The notes under the pieces were generated by a model. The model made no database searches, had not been told where the DNA came from, and saw only the letters and a program-made list of their open reading frames with translations. A program made the position numbers and the translations under genes. From a virus, in the IMG/VR virus record IMGVR_UViG_3300045988_100944: 55,127 nucleotides of DNA. One strand, 5' to 3'. Within the stretch, counting starts at the first letter, position 1, and each line of letters starts with the position of its first letter. Shown one piece after another: positions 8,056-15,162 of the stretch.

Positions 8056-8724
8056 CCTGTAGGTGATTCTCTCGATACGGTCCAAAATTTTGTCCGCATC
8101 CTGCTCTAACTCTGGGAAATATTTTACAATATCAATCGGGTATTCCGGATAATTCCCGACCTCGTTCTTGTAAATCTCCCTTGCTGCGTTCAAATCGTAT
8201 CGTTCGGAAAGTCGATTCAAGATACAATGATACAGATAACTGCGGCTGTTTCCGCTGTCTCTGCAAAGTCGGTACATCCTGCCCTTGTTCCTCTCGTACC
8301 AGTCAGATACAATCGGCACTCTGGGCGTGAAATCCTCTGCGAGCGGTTCTTTGTAATATGGCTCTTTCTGCACCGCTCTGACCTTGAAATATACATCTAC
8401 AAGCATATCCTGTACTTTCCAAGATAGAGCGTCATTAAACGATTTTGCAACCAATAAGTACCCTCTTTCAGTCAATACCGTTATCCCTTTATTCGGAACA
8501 ACAATATTTCTATTAAGACAATTTGTCACATTAGAATTTTGCTTTTTCAAAACATAGAAATGTTTGCCCTCTACGAAATATTTTTTGTTTCGATTGAAAT
8601 TTCTATATGCTGTTCCACTTTTATTCTGATGTACCGTATCAATGTCTTTGAATGTCACAACCCTTTCGCCGTTGTACTCTCTGATTTGCATTTCGGTGTT
8701 TTCGATTGTAATAACGTCATTCAT
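8053..8724 (-). CDS. ORF6N/KilA-N-type antirepressor-like protein, paralog 2
   Basis: IREYNGERVVTFKDIDTVHQNKSGTAYRNFNRNKKYFVEGKHFY...TERGYLLVAKSF. Confidence 0.75.
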   Translation of the reverse strand: MNDVITIENTEMQIREYNGERVVTFKDIDTVHQNKSGTAYRNFNRNKKYFVEGKHFYVLKKQNSNVTNCLNRNIVVPNKGITVLTERGYLLVAKSFNDALSWKVQDMLVDVYFKVRAVQKEPYYKEPLAEDFTPRVPIVSDWYERNKGRMYRLCRDSGNSRSYLYHCILNRLSERYDLNAAREIYKNEVGNYPEYPIDIVKYFPELEQDADKILDRIERITYR

Positions 8725-8850
8725 TTCGATAACCTCCTTTATTTATTATTGCCAAAAGGAGGTATACAGTGCTATACTTTATATACACTCCTTATGGCGT
8801 GCGGTGGCAACTGTTATTGATTGGTAGTCTGTGGCAGTTACCGCCTTTTT

Positions 8851-9027
8851 TTATTTGTTTCTTTGGTTGTACTGAATTTCAATCCCCTGCCTAATTATTT
8901 TAGACCTGTCAGAATTTTGTTCAGCAGCTAAATAATCTAATTTTTCTACCGTCTCCTTATCCATTCTAACTTGAATTAACTTGTTTTTTGGATTATCCGT
9001 TATCTTTTGTCCCATCTTAGGCGACAT
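8851..9027 (-). CDS. Ribbon-helix-helix (CopG/Arc/Mnt-like) protein, 58 aa
   Basis: Own translation MSPKMGQKITDNPKNKLIQVRMDKETVEKLDYLAAEQNSDRSKIIRQGIEIQYNQRNK; below ORF-track cutoff. Confidence 0.65.
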   Translation of the reverse strand: MSPKMGQKITDNPKNKLIQVRMDKETVEKLDYLAAEQNSDRSKIIRQGIEIQYNQRNK

Positions 9028-9049
9028 TTTCCATCACCACCCTTCAATT

Positions 9050-9093
9050 TGTAATTACATTTTCATTTTAACTTTGTAATTACATTTTGTCAA
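9050..9093 (-). promoter_or_regulatory. Promoter of RHH gene with two TGTAATTACA palindromic operators
   Basis: TTGACA (9093-9088), 17 nt, TAAAAT (9070-9065); palindromes at 9050-9059 and 9075-9084. Confidence 0.6.
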
Positions 9094-9114
9094 GTGTTTT
9101 CTTAAAATTTTCCA

Positions 9115-9143
9115 AAAGAAAAAGCACCGCTTTTCTGCGATGC
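9115..9143 (-). terminator. Intrinsic terminator ending the moron cassette
   Basis: Minus strand GCATCGC/GCGGTGC stem then TTTTTCTTTT. Confidence 0.7.
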
Positions 9144-9188
9144 TCATTCTCTATTGCTTTTTATTCTTTTTCTTTTTTGATTCTATCC

Positions 9189-9749
9189 TTATTCCGTAAT
9201 TTCCATGTAAACAGCTTTCACACAAGGGATTGTTATAGACTGCCCCAAAATACTTGTATATTTATACTCCCCTGCTGATTCGCCGTAGAATGTTACAATA
9301 TCATCTTCAAGGAATTTTCCATCCTTGTTGTCTGGGCTGAGCTTTACAAACACATTATCATCCCATAAACCGTAATCACCTTCCGTAACAGGAATCAAAT
9401 ATTCGGAAGTGCTACTGTCAGAATCTTTCACGACCTGCCTAATTTGTCCGCGGAACTTCACTTTCTGCCCTTCGTATTCGTCTGGTTTCCTTGCCAAATC
9501 ATCATAGGAAACATCTATGCACTCAGACTTGTACTGCTCAGGCGAAATATTTTCTGAATCGTCTTTTTTCCCTGAACCATCTCCGCCGCCAATCGAAGCA
9601 ATCGCAATAATAATTAAAAAAATCCATGCAATAATAAATTTCAACTTACCGCCTTGCTTTTTCCGACAATTCGGGCAAATCTTAGCTTTTTTCGGAATAT
9701 CTGACTGGCAATGTTTGCACTTTTTTACTTCATTTTCTTTGTTTTCCAT
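9189..9749 (-). CDS. Zinc-ribbon / TM / extracellular-domain membrane protein
   Basis: Trimmed to MENKEN behind AAAGGAG; CKHC...CPNC, TM FIIAWIFLIIIAIASIG, beta-rich C-domain. Confidence 0.7.
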   Translation of the reverse strand: MENKENEVKKCKHCQSDIPKKAKICPNCRKKQGGKLKFIIAWIFLIIIAIASIGGGDGSGKKDDSENISPEQYKSECIDVSYDDLARKPDEYEGQKVKFRGQIRQVVKDSDSSTSEYLIPVTEGDYGLWDDNVFVKLSPDNKDGKFLEDDIVTFYGESAGEYKYTSILGQSITIPCVKAVYMEITE

Positions 9750-9769
9750 GGTTAAACTCCTTTTCAATA

Positions 9770-10615
9770 TTATTTTCTCGCTTCAACGTATACCTCATAC
9801 TTATCAAATTCATTTTCTGGGAATAGCTCAAATTCTTCCGTAACTGTTCCGCCTGCGCTCAGTTTGTAGCTATTATCGTCTAAATATTTGTAATCAGAAC
9901 CAACTACTTTCCCATTTTTGAAGAAAAATACAGTTGCCTTTACAAATTCCATATCATAGTTTCCTAAGTTTGTAGCAGCAACAAGAACCTTATCCCCTGC
10001 TTTGGAGGAAGTTGTTTTCAAATCTGCGGTTGCAGATTTGAAATATGTTTCTTTTTCTGTTTTTAATGTATATGTTGTTTTTGCAGGAACACTATCAAAA
10101 ATATGTGTCAAGATAGCTGTTTCTCCACTGCCGACAACAGGAGCAGAATCAGACTTTGCCCCGATAGAATTTCCTGCCGCATCCTTTGCAACTACATTGC
10201 TTTCAATCCTCAGCGCATCGGGAGAATTATTTGTTACAAGAAGGTCATAATAAAAAGAACCGTACTTCTCATAATAGTATTCTTTTGCGCTTAATTCTTT
10301 CGTCTGATTGTTTGTTGTTTGCGCGGCATTCTGCGGCTTTTCGCCAAGATAAACCGTTTTTGTTGCGCCATCCCATGTAACATCTTTACCAACCGCTTCG
10401 GCTACCGCCCTAACAGGTAGATAGGTTGTTCCGTTGTAGGTGAAAGGCTCTTTGTTTGTGGAAAGCTGCTTCCCATCGACAATAATCTTGATGTTGCTAA
10501 ATGATACGGGGATGTTCATATTTGCAACCTTAGCAAATGCCACCGACCCCGAACACAAGACCATTGATGCAATCACAGCACCGCAAACCATGTCTTTTAA
10601 TCTTTGAAATTTCAT
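9770..10615 (-). CDS. Secreted protein with copper-amine-oxidase-N-terminal-like (cell-wall-binding type) domain
   Basis: Trimmed to MKFQRLKDMVCGAVIASMVLCSGSVAFA signal peptide; IKIIVDGKQL...YNGTTYLPVRAVAEAVGKDVTWDG. Confidence 0.75.
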   Translation of the reverse strand: MKFQRLKDMVCGAVIASMVLCSGSVAFAKVANMNIPVSFSNIKIIVDGKQLSTNKEPFTYNGTTYLPVRAVAEAVGKDVTWDGATKTVYLGEKPQNAAQTTNNQTKELSAKEYYYEKYGSFYYDLLVTNNSPDALRIESNVVAKDAAGNSIGAKSDSAPVVGSGETAILTHIFDSVPAKTTYTLKTEKETYFKSATADLKTTSSKAGDKVLVAATNLGNYDMEFVKATVFFFKNGKVVGSDYKYLDDNSYKLSAGGTVTEEFELFPENEFDKYEVYVEARK

Positions 10616-10763
10616 ATAAAACCCTCCTTTTTGTTTTGTCCTTCCATCATATAACACTAACAATTTTTTTGCAATATTTTTTGTCTTTTTGTGAATATTT
10701 TGCCTTTTTGGTGGGTTTTTGGGGTTCTGCTTTCAAAAAATTTTTCGCCCTATTTTTGGCAAA

Positions 10764-10789
10764 GAAAAAAGCACCGCATAAAGCAGTGC
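10764..10789 (-). terminator. Intrinsic terminator / attenuator upstream of the moron
   Basis: Minus strand GCACTGC/GCGGTGC stem then TTTTTTCTTTG; near-copy of 9115-9143. Confidence 0.65.
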
Positions 10790-10830
10790 CATTTCTCACT
10801 TTTATCCACTGGGAAATCTTAATCATTTTT

Positions 10831-10859
10831 ATAATACCAAAAACAGAAAACATTTTCAA
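10831..10859 (-). promoter_or_regulatory. Sigma-A-type promoter about 35 nt upstream of the 10789 hairpin
   Basis: Minus strand TTGAAA, 17 nt, TATTAT. Confidence 0.5.
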
Positions 10860-10923
10860 TATGCATTTTCGCCCTATATTCGCCCCTATAAGCCGCCTTT
10901 TTATTTCACTTGACCGATTGACC

Positions 10924-10963
10924 GCCAAAAAAAGAAAACGCCCTCTCACAAGCCGCAGAGGGG
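10924..10963 (-). terminator. Intrinsic terminator
   Basis: Minus strand CCCTCT/AGAGGG stem then CGTTTTCTTTTTTT. Confidence 0.65.
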
Positions 10964-11041
10964 CAGAGAAAGCATTTCCTTATTCAGCTTCTCAAGGTCG
11001 AATTTTTCAAGCCTTGACAGGTCGAAAGAATCTAATTTCAT
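10946..11041 (-). CDS. 31-aa ORF whose 3' end is the terminator stem (doubtful)
   Basis: Own translation MKLDSFDLSRLEKFDLEKLNKEMLSLPLCGL; GAGGACG RBS. Confidence 0.25.
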   Translation of the reverse strand: MKLDSFDLSRLEKFDLEKLNKEMLSLPLCGL

Positions 11042-11146
11042 CACTCATCGTCCTCTCATACGCCATACATCTCCATTTTCGCCTTCAAATTTCCAGTTCT
11101 ATAAATCACTTCCGTTGCAATTATCTTTTTAAACATAGTCGATTCC

Positions 11147-11335
11147 TTACTTCAAATACGATGCTTTTTTTAATTCTTCCGCATATTTTGCCGCAGTGTC
11201 CCATTGAGCATAGCACTTATTACAATATACAACCTTTTTCTTCCCAGCATACCCGACAATTTCCCAATTTGCCCTGTCCTTAACTTTGCAATGACATGCT
11301 CTGCCGCTTGCAGATGAACCAAAACCTCTTGCCAC
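11147..11335 (-). CDS. Small Cys-containing protein (62 aa)
   Basis: Trimmed to GTG behind AAAGGAG; CHC...CNKC. Confidence 0.5.
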   Translation of the reverse strand: MARGFGSSASGRACHCKVKDRANWEIVGYAGKKKVVYCNKCYAQWDTAAKYAEELKKASYLK

Positions 11336-11348
11336 AAAAATCACTCCT

Positions 11349-11648
11349 TTAATCCAGCAAGTCCAAAATAGACTGCAACCCATCTTTATCCCAACCGTCA
11401 TCAACTGCTACCTGTAGCAGTTCTCTAATTTCGTTGATAAACTGATATGGTGCTAATTCACGGATTTTGTTTTCCGGCAGATGAAACGCCCAAGAAATAT
11501 CCATGCCGCCATGTGCATTATCACTGCTTTCAATCCAATTATTCGTTGTATTTGCAGTGGTGTACCACAGATATTCAGAAATTCCACCCCATTCTCTTGT
11601 ATCCTCTGCAAATTTGATTGCCATGTTGATATAATAATCTAATGCCAT
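11349..11648 (-). CDS. Acidic early protein (99 aa), function unknown
   Basis: GGGAGA RBS; D/E/W-rich; early position in leftward operon. Confidence 0.6.
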   Translation of the reverse strand: MALDYYINMAIKFAEDTREWGGISEYLWYTTANTTNNWIESSDNAHGGMDISWAFHLPENKIRELAPYQFINEIRELLQVAVDDGWDKDGLQSILDLLD

Positions 11649-11707
11649 GTTAAATTCTCCCTTCTTTTTTAACTTTGCTCCGCTTTCTTTTCCATTTTAC
11701 CTACCCA

Positions 11708-11743
11708 ATCCGCAGAACGTCAAGCCCTGCGGATGCCTTTTTT
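11708..11743 (+). terminator. Plus-oriented terminator inside the minus-strand operon
   Basis: ATCCGCAG/CTGCGGAT stem then GCCTTTTTT; preceded by CCTACCCAA. Confidence 0.6.
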
Positions 11744-11787
11744 CTTTGGCTTGTCTCATCGGTTGGAAGGTTGCCACCCTACCCAAG

Positions 11788-11810
11788 ACCGCCAGAAGGC
11801 GGTTTCGACT
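11788..11810 (+). terminator. Plus-oriented hairpin, near-copy of terminator 13152-13176
   Basis: ACCGCC/GGCGGT stem then TTCGACTT; preceded by CCTACCCAA. Confidence 0.4.
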
Positions 11811-12085
11811 TAATCAGCTAAAATTGACCTTGCGGTGTTAAAAACGTAAAGTCTGTTGTGCGGATGGTGCTTAAAATCTCCATTGCTTTTTATCCTTTCC
11901 CCGATATTTTCATATTTAAGACTGACAACGATTAAATATTTTTCAAGCATTTCATCAGAACATTTTAAGCAGTTAATCGCATTTTGGATGCTGCTTTTAT
12001 TACTATTCCAGTAAATACCTTCGATTCTGCATTTCTTTTCTTCCTGTAATTCGTTAAATTCTTTCATTAAATCTTTCTTTGTCAT
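11810..12085 (-). CDS. Hypothetical early protein
   Basis: ORF track 11810..12115 trimmed to MTKKDL behind AAAGGAG. Confidence 0.55.
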   Translation of the reverse strand: MTKKDLMKEFNELQEEKKCRIEGIYWNSNKSSIQNAINCLKCSDEMLEKYLIVVSLKYENIGERIKSNGDFKHHPHNRLYVFNTARSILAD

Positions 12086-12166
12086 TTTCATTTCTCCTTT
12101 TTCGTCTGCCATCATCAGAGCCGGGAGACTATCCCACGGCTGACGGTCATTCTTGACCGTTTCGGC

Positions 12167-12328
12167 TCAATCCTCAAAAATTATTTCTGTAAATTCCTTC
12201 GGTGTAACAGATTCAATTTCGACGTTTTCTTTTTTCAAATCCGCAAGTCTTTTAGCGTTGCTATATTTTTTAAAATATTTAACGCCATTAAATCCATAGT
12301 TTAAAAATACGATGTAAAGCTTTACCAT
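12167..12328 (-). CDS. 53-aa first gene of the leftward operon
   Basis: Own translation MVKLYIVFLNYGFNGVKYFKKYSNAKRLADLKKENVEIESVTPKEFTEIIFED; GGAGGAAATAAC RBS. Confidence 0.5.
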   Translation of the reverse strand: MVKLYIVFLNYGFNGVKYFKKYSNAKRLADLKKENVEIESVTPKEFTEIIFED

Positions 12329-12371
12329 GTTATTTCCTCCTTCGTTGTCCCTTGTTGTTTTCTATGGTCTT

Positions 12372-12400
12372 ATATTATCATATTTAATTAGTAATGTCAA
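12372..12400 (-). promoter_or_regulatory. Leftward early promoter
   Basis: Minus strand TTGACA, 17 nt, TAATAT. Confidence 0.6.
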
Positions 12401-12475
12401 TACATAAATGCAAAATTAAATAAAATATTATTTCAAAAATAATGTAAATAATTTAAATTAAGTTTTATATAATAA

Positions 12476-12504
12476 TTGACTTATTCATTGCATTATTGTA
12501 TCAT
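12476..12504 (+). promoter_or_regulatory. Rightward early promoter
   Basis: TTGACT, 17 nt, TATCAT. Confidence 0.55.
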
Positions 12505-12549
12505 TTAATTATATCAATAATAATGCGTATTAAATGGAGGTATGCAATC

Positions 12550-13146
12550 ATGGCAAAGAGTGAAAAGGAAATGATAGAAAAATACAAGGCAAGGATGAAA
12601 AGACAGAATGAAAAGATAAAGGAAAACTATGACAGAGTATCCGCAACGCTTCCGAATGGCACCATAGACAGAATAAAGGCTTTAGGGCTGACGATTAACG
12701 GCGTAATTAATGAAAGCGTGCTTGCATATCTGGACTGCATGGAAGAAGCGCAGGCAGAGGAAGAACAGAACAACGCAGAAACCGCAGAAATACAGGATTC
12801 TACACCAGATACAGAAGCAGTTGAGATTGCCCCTGTAGAGCCGGAAACGTCAGAACCGTTCAATCCCATACCCGATGCGGAAACACCCGACAGCACGCCC
12901 GAAAACGGCTTGAAACCGATGACTATTGAGGATATTCAAGCCATGTTCGATAACAGGAAAACAGACGAAATCAGACAGGAGGAAGAAAGACAGGAGCGGA
13001 AAGAACAGGAGGAGCAGGAGCGGCGCAAGCTGCTAGCCAATCCAGAATATGCCGCCACCTATGCCCAGCTTATGGCGATGGAGACCGCAGAGAAGGAAAA
13101 GAAACGAGCCGAGATGCTCACCAGAGCGAGATTAGAAACATTGTAA
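12550..13146 (+). CDS. RHH-like N-terminal domain protein with acidic low-complexity tail
   Basis: Trimmed to MAKSEKEM behind GGAGGT; YDRVSATLPNGTIDRIKALG; E/Q/P-rich C-half. Confidence 0.6.
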   Translation: MAKSEKEMIEKYKARMKRQNEKIKENYDRVSATLPNGTIDRIKALGLTINGVINESVLAYLDCMEEAQAEEEQNNAETAEIQDSTPDTEAVEIAPVEPETSEPFNPIPDAETPDSTPENGLKPMTIEDIQAMFDNRKTDEIRQEEERQERKEQEEQERRKLLANPEYAATYAQLMAMETAEKEKKRAEMLTRARLETL

Positions 13147-13151
13147 ACCTG

Positions 13152-13176
13152 ACCGCCAGAAATGGCGGTTATTTTT
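13152..13176 (+). terminator. Intrinsic terminator
   Basis: ACCGCC/GGCGGT stem then TATTTTT. Confidence 0.7.
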
Positions 13177-13204
13177 CCATATTTTACCATTTATCTATCT
13201 TTGT

Positions 13205-13266
13205 AAAGATATCTTTGGAAAGATTTAATACTTTAGGAAGATATCTTTTTAAAGATATTTTATCTT
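13205..13266. promoter_or_regulatory. Operator-like AAGATATCTT palindromes (2 full, 1 degenerate)
   Basis: AAAGATATCTTT 13205-13216; AAGATATCTT 13238-13247; AAAGATATTTTATCTT 13251-13266. Confidence 0.5.
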
Positions 13267-13293
13267 GATTTTTTGCGGTGAAATTCGTATAAT
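13265..13293 (+). promoter_or_regulatory. Promoter of 13327 gene
   Basis: TTGATT, 17 nt, TATAAT. Confidence 0.6.
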
Positions 13294-13326
13294 TGAGAGT
13301 AGGAAAAACGAAGGAGGTATATTAAA

Positions 13327-13578
13327 ATGATTGTATTTAAATTTGACGTTGCAGCTGCATTAGAATCCGCCGGGGTTACTTCTTACACGGCTGTAAAAAA
13401 TGGATTGTTATCTGTCGACACATGGCGGAAAATCAAGAAAAACGATGCAAATATAAGCATGAAATCTCTTAACAAAATTTGCATCATTCTGAACATGAAG
13501 CCAGAACATTTAATCACATACAAGCTGGATGAAAAAGAAGATTCTGACATAATAGAAAGGCTCAAAAAACTAGGTTAA
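13327..13578 (+). CDS. Small HTH DNA-binding protein
   Basis: 83 aa; GGAGGT RBS; ...ISMKSLNKICIILNMKPEHLITY typical XRE-like C-helix. Confidence 0.65.
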   Translation: MIVFKFDVAAALESAGVTSYTAVKNGLLSVDTWRKIKKNDANISMKSLNKICIILNMKPEHLITYKLDEKEDSDIIERLKKLG

Positions 13579-13798
13579 GAAGATAGCTTTTGAAAGATGC
13601 ACGATACCCCATACAAGCATCTGTATCTGTAAGGGGTTAAAAAGAATGTAATCTAGTATCTTACTTCATACAGTAAAACCAATGAAATTCAATATATTCA
13701 AGAATGAAATCTTAAAAAGAATTTAAGTACGTAGTAATATATTAAATCTTAAAACAAATACAGAAACCAATTAAATCATAAAAAAACAAAATTCCCTA

Positions 13799-13827
13799 TT
13801 GACAATATGATTAAATTTTTGTATCAT
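13799..13827 (+). promoter_or_regulatory. Promoter of the terS leader
   Basis: TTGACA, 17 nt, TATCAT. Confidence 0.55.
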
Positions 13828-13936
13828 ATCCCACAAGAAAGAAAATTGAATTTAAAAGGCATCCAGCTAACGCCGTTGCCCTGGATGACCTGAACGGCAA
13901 GGACGGCACCCCAATTTTTTACAGAGATACCAACAC

Positions 13937-13976
13937 GCCACAGGACGAGATTAAAATCTTTTTCTGTGGCTTTTTT
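13937..13976 (+). terminator. Intrinsic terminator 40 nt upstream of terS
   Basis: GCCACAG/CTGTGGC stem, 20-nt loop, TTTTTT. Confidence 0.7.
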
Positions 13977-14014
13977 AATTTACCGCAGCAGGAACGAGGA
14001 AGGAGGCGCGGAGC

Positions 14015-14638
14015 ATGGAAAATAAAATTTATGATTCAGAAATCGAGGCGTGTCTAGATTCGTTTTGTGCCGAAAAGGGAATTTCGGACATGTCCAAGGA
14101 ATCCCAGAGCGTCTGGAATGCTGCCCTAATGTATATTAAAAAAAATGTATTCCCAGACACAAAACAGTTAAAATCTAGTATTTTATTCAAGAATGGTATA
14201 GGAGCAATGAGTAATTGTAATGCCTATGACTATGAGCTTGTAGACCATATCTGCGATATATATATATATATATCCCTGATGAATGATAAAGAAGTATCTA
14301 TCAATGGCTTTAGTTTTTTAACAGGGATAAGTAGAGATGCAATAAAAGAATGGGGGAATGGTAATAAAAAACTAAGTGATAAAGCTTTCAAAATCTACAA
14401 AAAGCTGGTAGATGTAAGGCTTGAGAGTTTATCGGGCAAACTAGCCACAGGAAAGCAGAACCCTGTAGGCGTTATCGCAATCCTAAATCACTTTTATGGT
14501 TGGAACAGCCCATATGCGCCAGATGCTAACAGACATCGCACCGCCCTATCAGCTGCCGAACTTCCAAGACTGAACGAGGTTAAAACTGTTGAAATTGCAC
14601 AAGATGCAGACAGATTGACGGACAGCGGAAACGAATAA
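14015..14638 (+). CDS. terS: Terminase small subunit
   Basis: 207 aa; GAAGGAGG RBS; C-terminal GKQNPVGVIAILNHFYGWN recalls Terminase_2-type small subunits. Confidence 0.7.
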   Translation: MENKIYDSEIEACLDSFCAEKGISDMSKESQSVWNAALMYIKKNVFPDTKQLKSSILFKNGIGAMSNCNAYDYELVDHICDIYIYISLMNDKEVSINGFSFLTGISRDAIKEWGNGNKKLSDKAFKIYKKLVDVRLESLSGKLATGKQNPVGVIAILNHFYGWNSPYAPDANRHRTALSAAELPRLNEVKTVEIAQDADRLTDSGNE

Positions 14639-14891
14639 ATCAATATCTAGTTGAAAATAAATGCTTGACACAATATATTGATTTAAAACTATTCGCATAA
14701 CTATCATTTTGCGAATAAATACAGAAAATTATAGCCAATGCGGATGAACAGCGGTTGTTGCGGCTTGGATGATTCCGCCGTTGAGAATGGACGGGGGTGG
14801 GGGTCTGGATGGGATTAGAAAAAGACCCTACTTAGTCCCATAAATATCCTCAAAAACAAAAAGCCCCTATCTGCATAAAGGAGTGACAAAA

Positions 14892-15146
14892 ATGTTTTGG
14901 AACCCATTTAGAAGAATTAAGGATTTAGAATTCGATGTCGATGTGCGAGACCGTACAATCGAAAATCTGAAAAAGGAGATTGAGGAATTAAAATCTCCTA
15001 CAAGACCAAAGTATCATCCGAATGAGACCTGTATTGACTGCGAATATTGCATTGTTGAGGAACGGGAAAATTACGGAAGTATAGGTTATGTAGGCTATTA
15101 TTGCAGACTCAATAATAACTGCGAAGATTACACTTTGAAAGAGTAA
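14892..15146 (+). CDS. Hypothetical coiled-coil/Cys protein
   Basis: Trimmed to ATG behind AAAGGAG; CIDCEYC. Confidence 0.5.
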   Translation: MFWNPFRRIKDLEFDVDVRDRTIENLKKEIEELKSPTRPKYHPNETCIDCEYCIVEERENYGSIGYVGYYCRLNNNCEDYTLKE

Positions 15147-15162
15147 GTAGGCGGTGTCACAA

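Noticed and set aside
10946-11041. Arbitrium-like signalling peptide gene
   Set aside because: There is no AimR-like receptor gene nearby and no signal peptide. The C-terminal residues are dictated by a terminator stem. It is kept only as a low-confidence ORF.
10537-11283. 248-aa plus-strand ORF
   Set aside because: The translation is low-complexity junk and there is no RBS. It spans three minus-strand terminators and a promoter, and it overlaps better-supported minus-strand ORFs.
14263-14278. (AT)8 microsatellite in terS as a phase-variation switch
   Set aside because: It is read in frame as DIYIYIS. A dinucleotide tract could shift the frame, but there is no evidence of alternative frames or of a regulatory role. 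It is noted only as a possible sequencing-error hotspot.
14786-14812. G-quadruplex motif
   Set aside because: Only two long G-runs plus short ones are present, so it does not meet a clear four-tract G3+ pattern.
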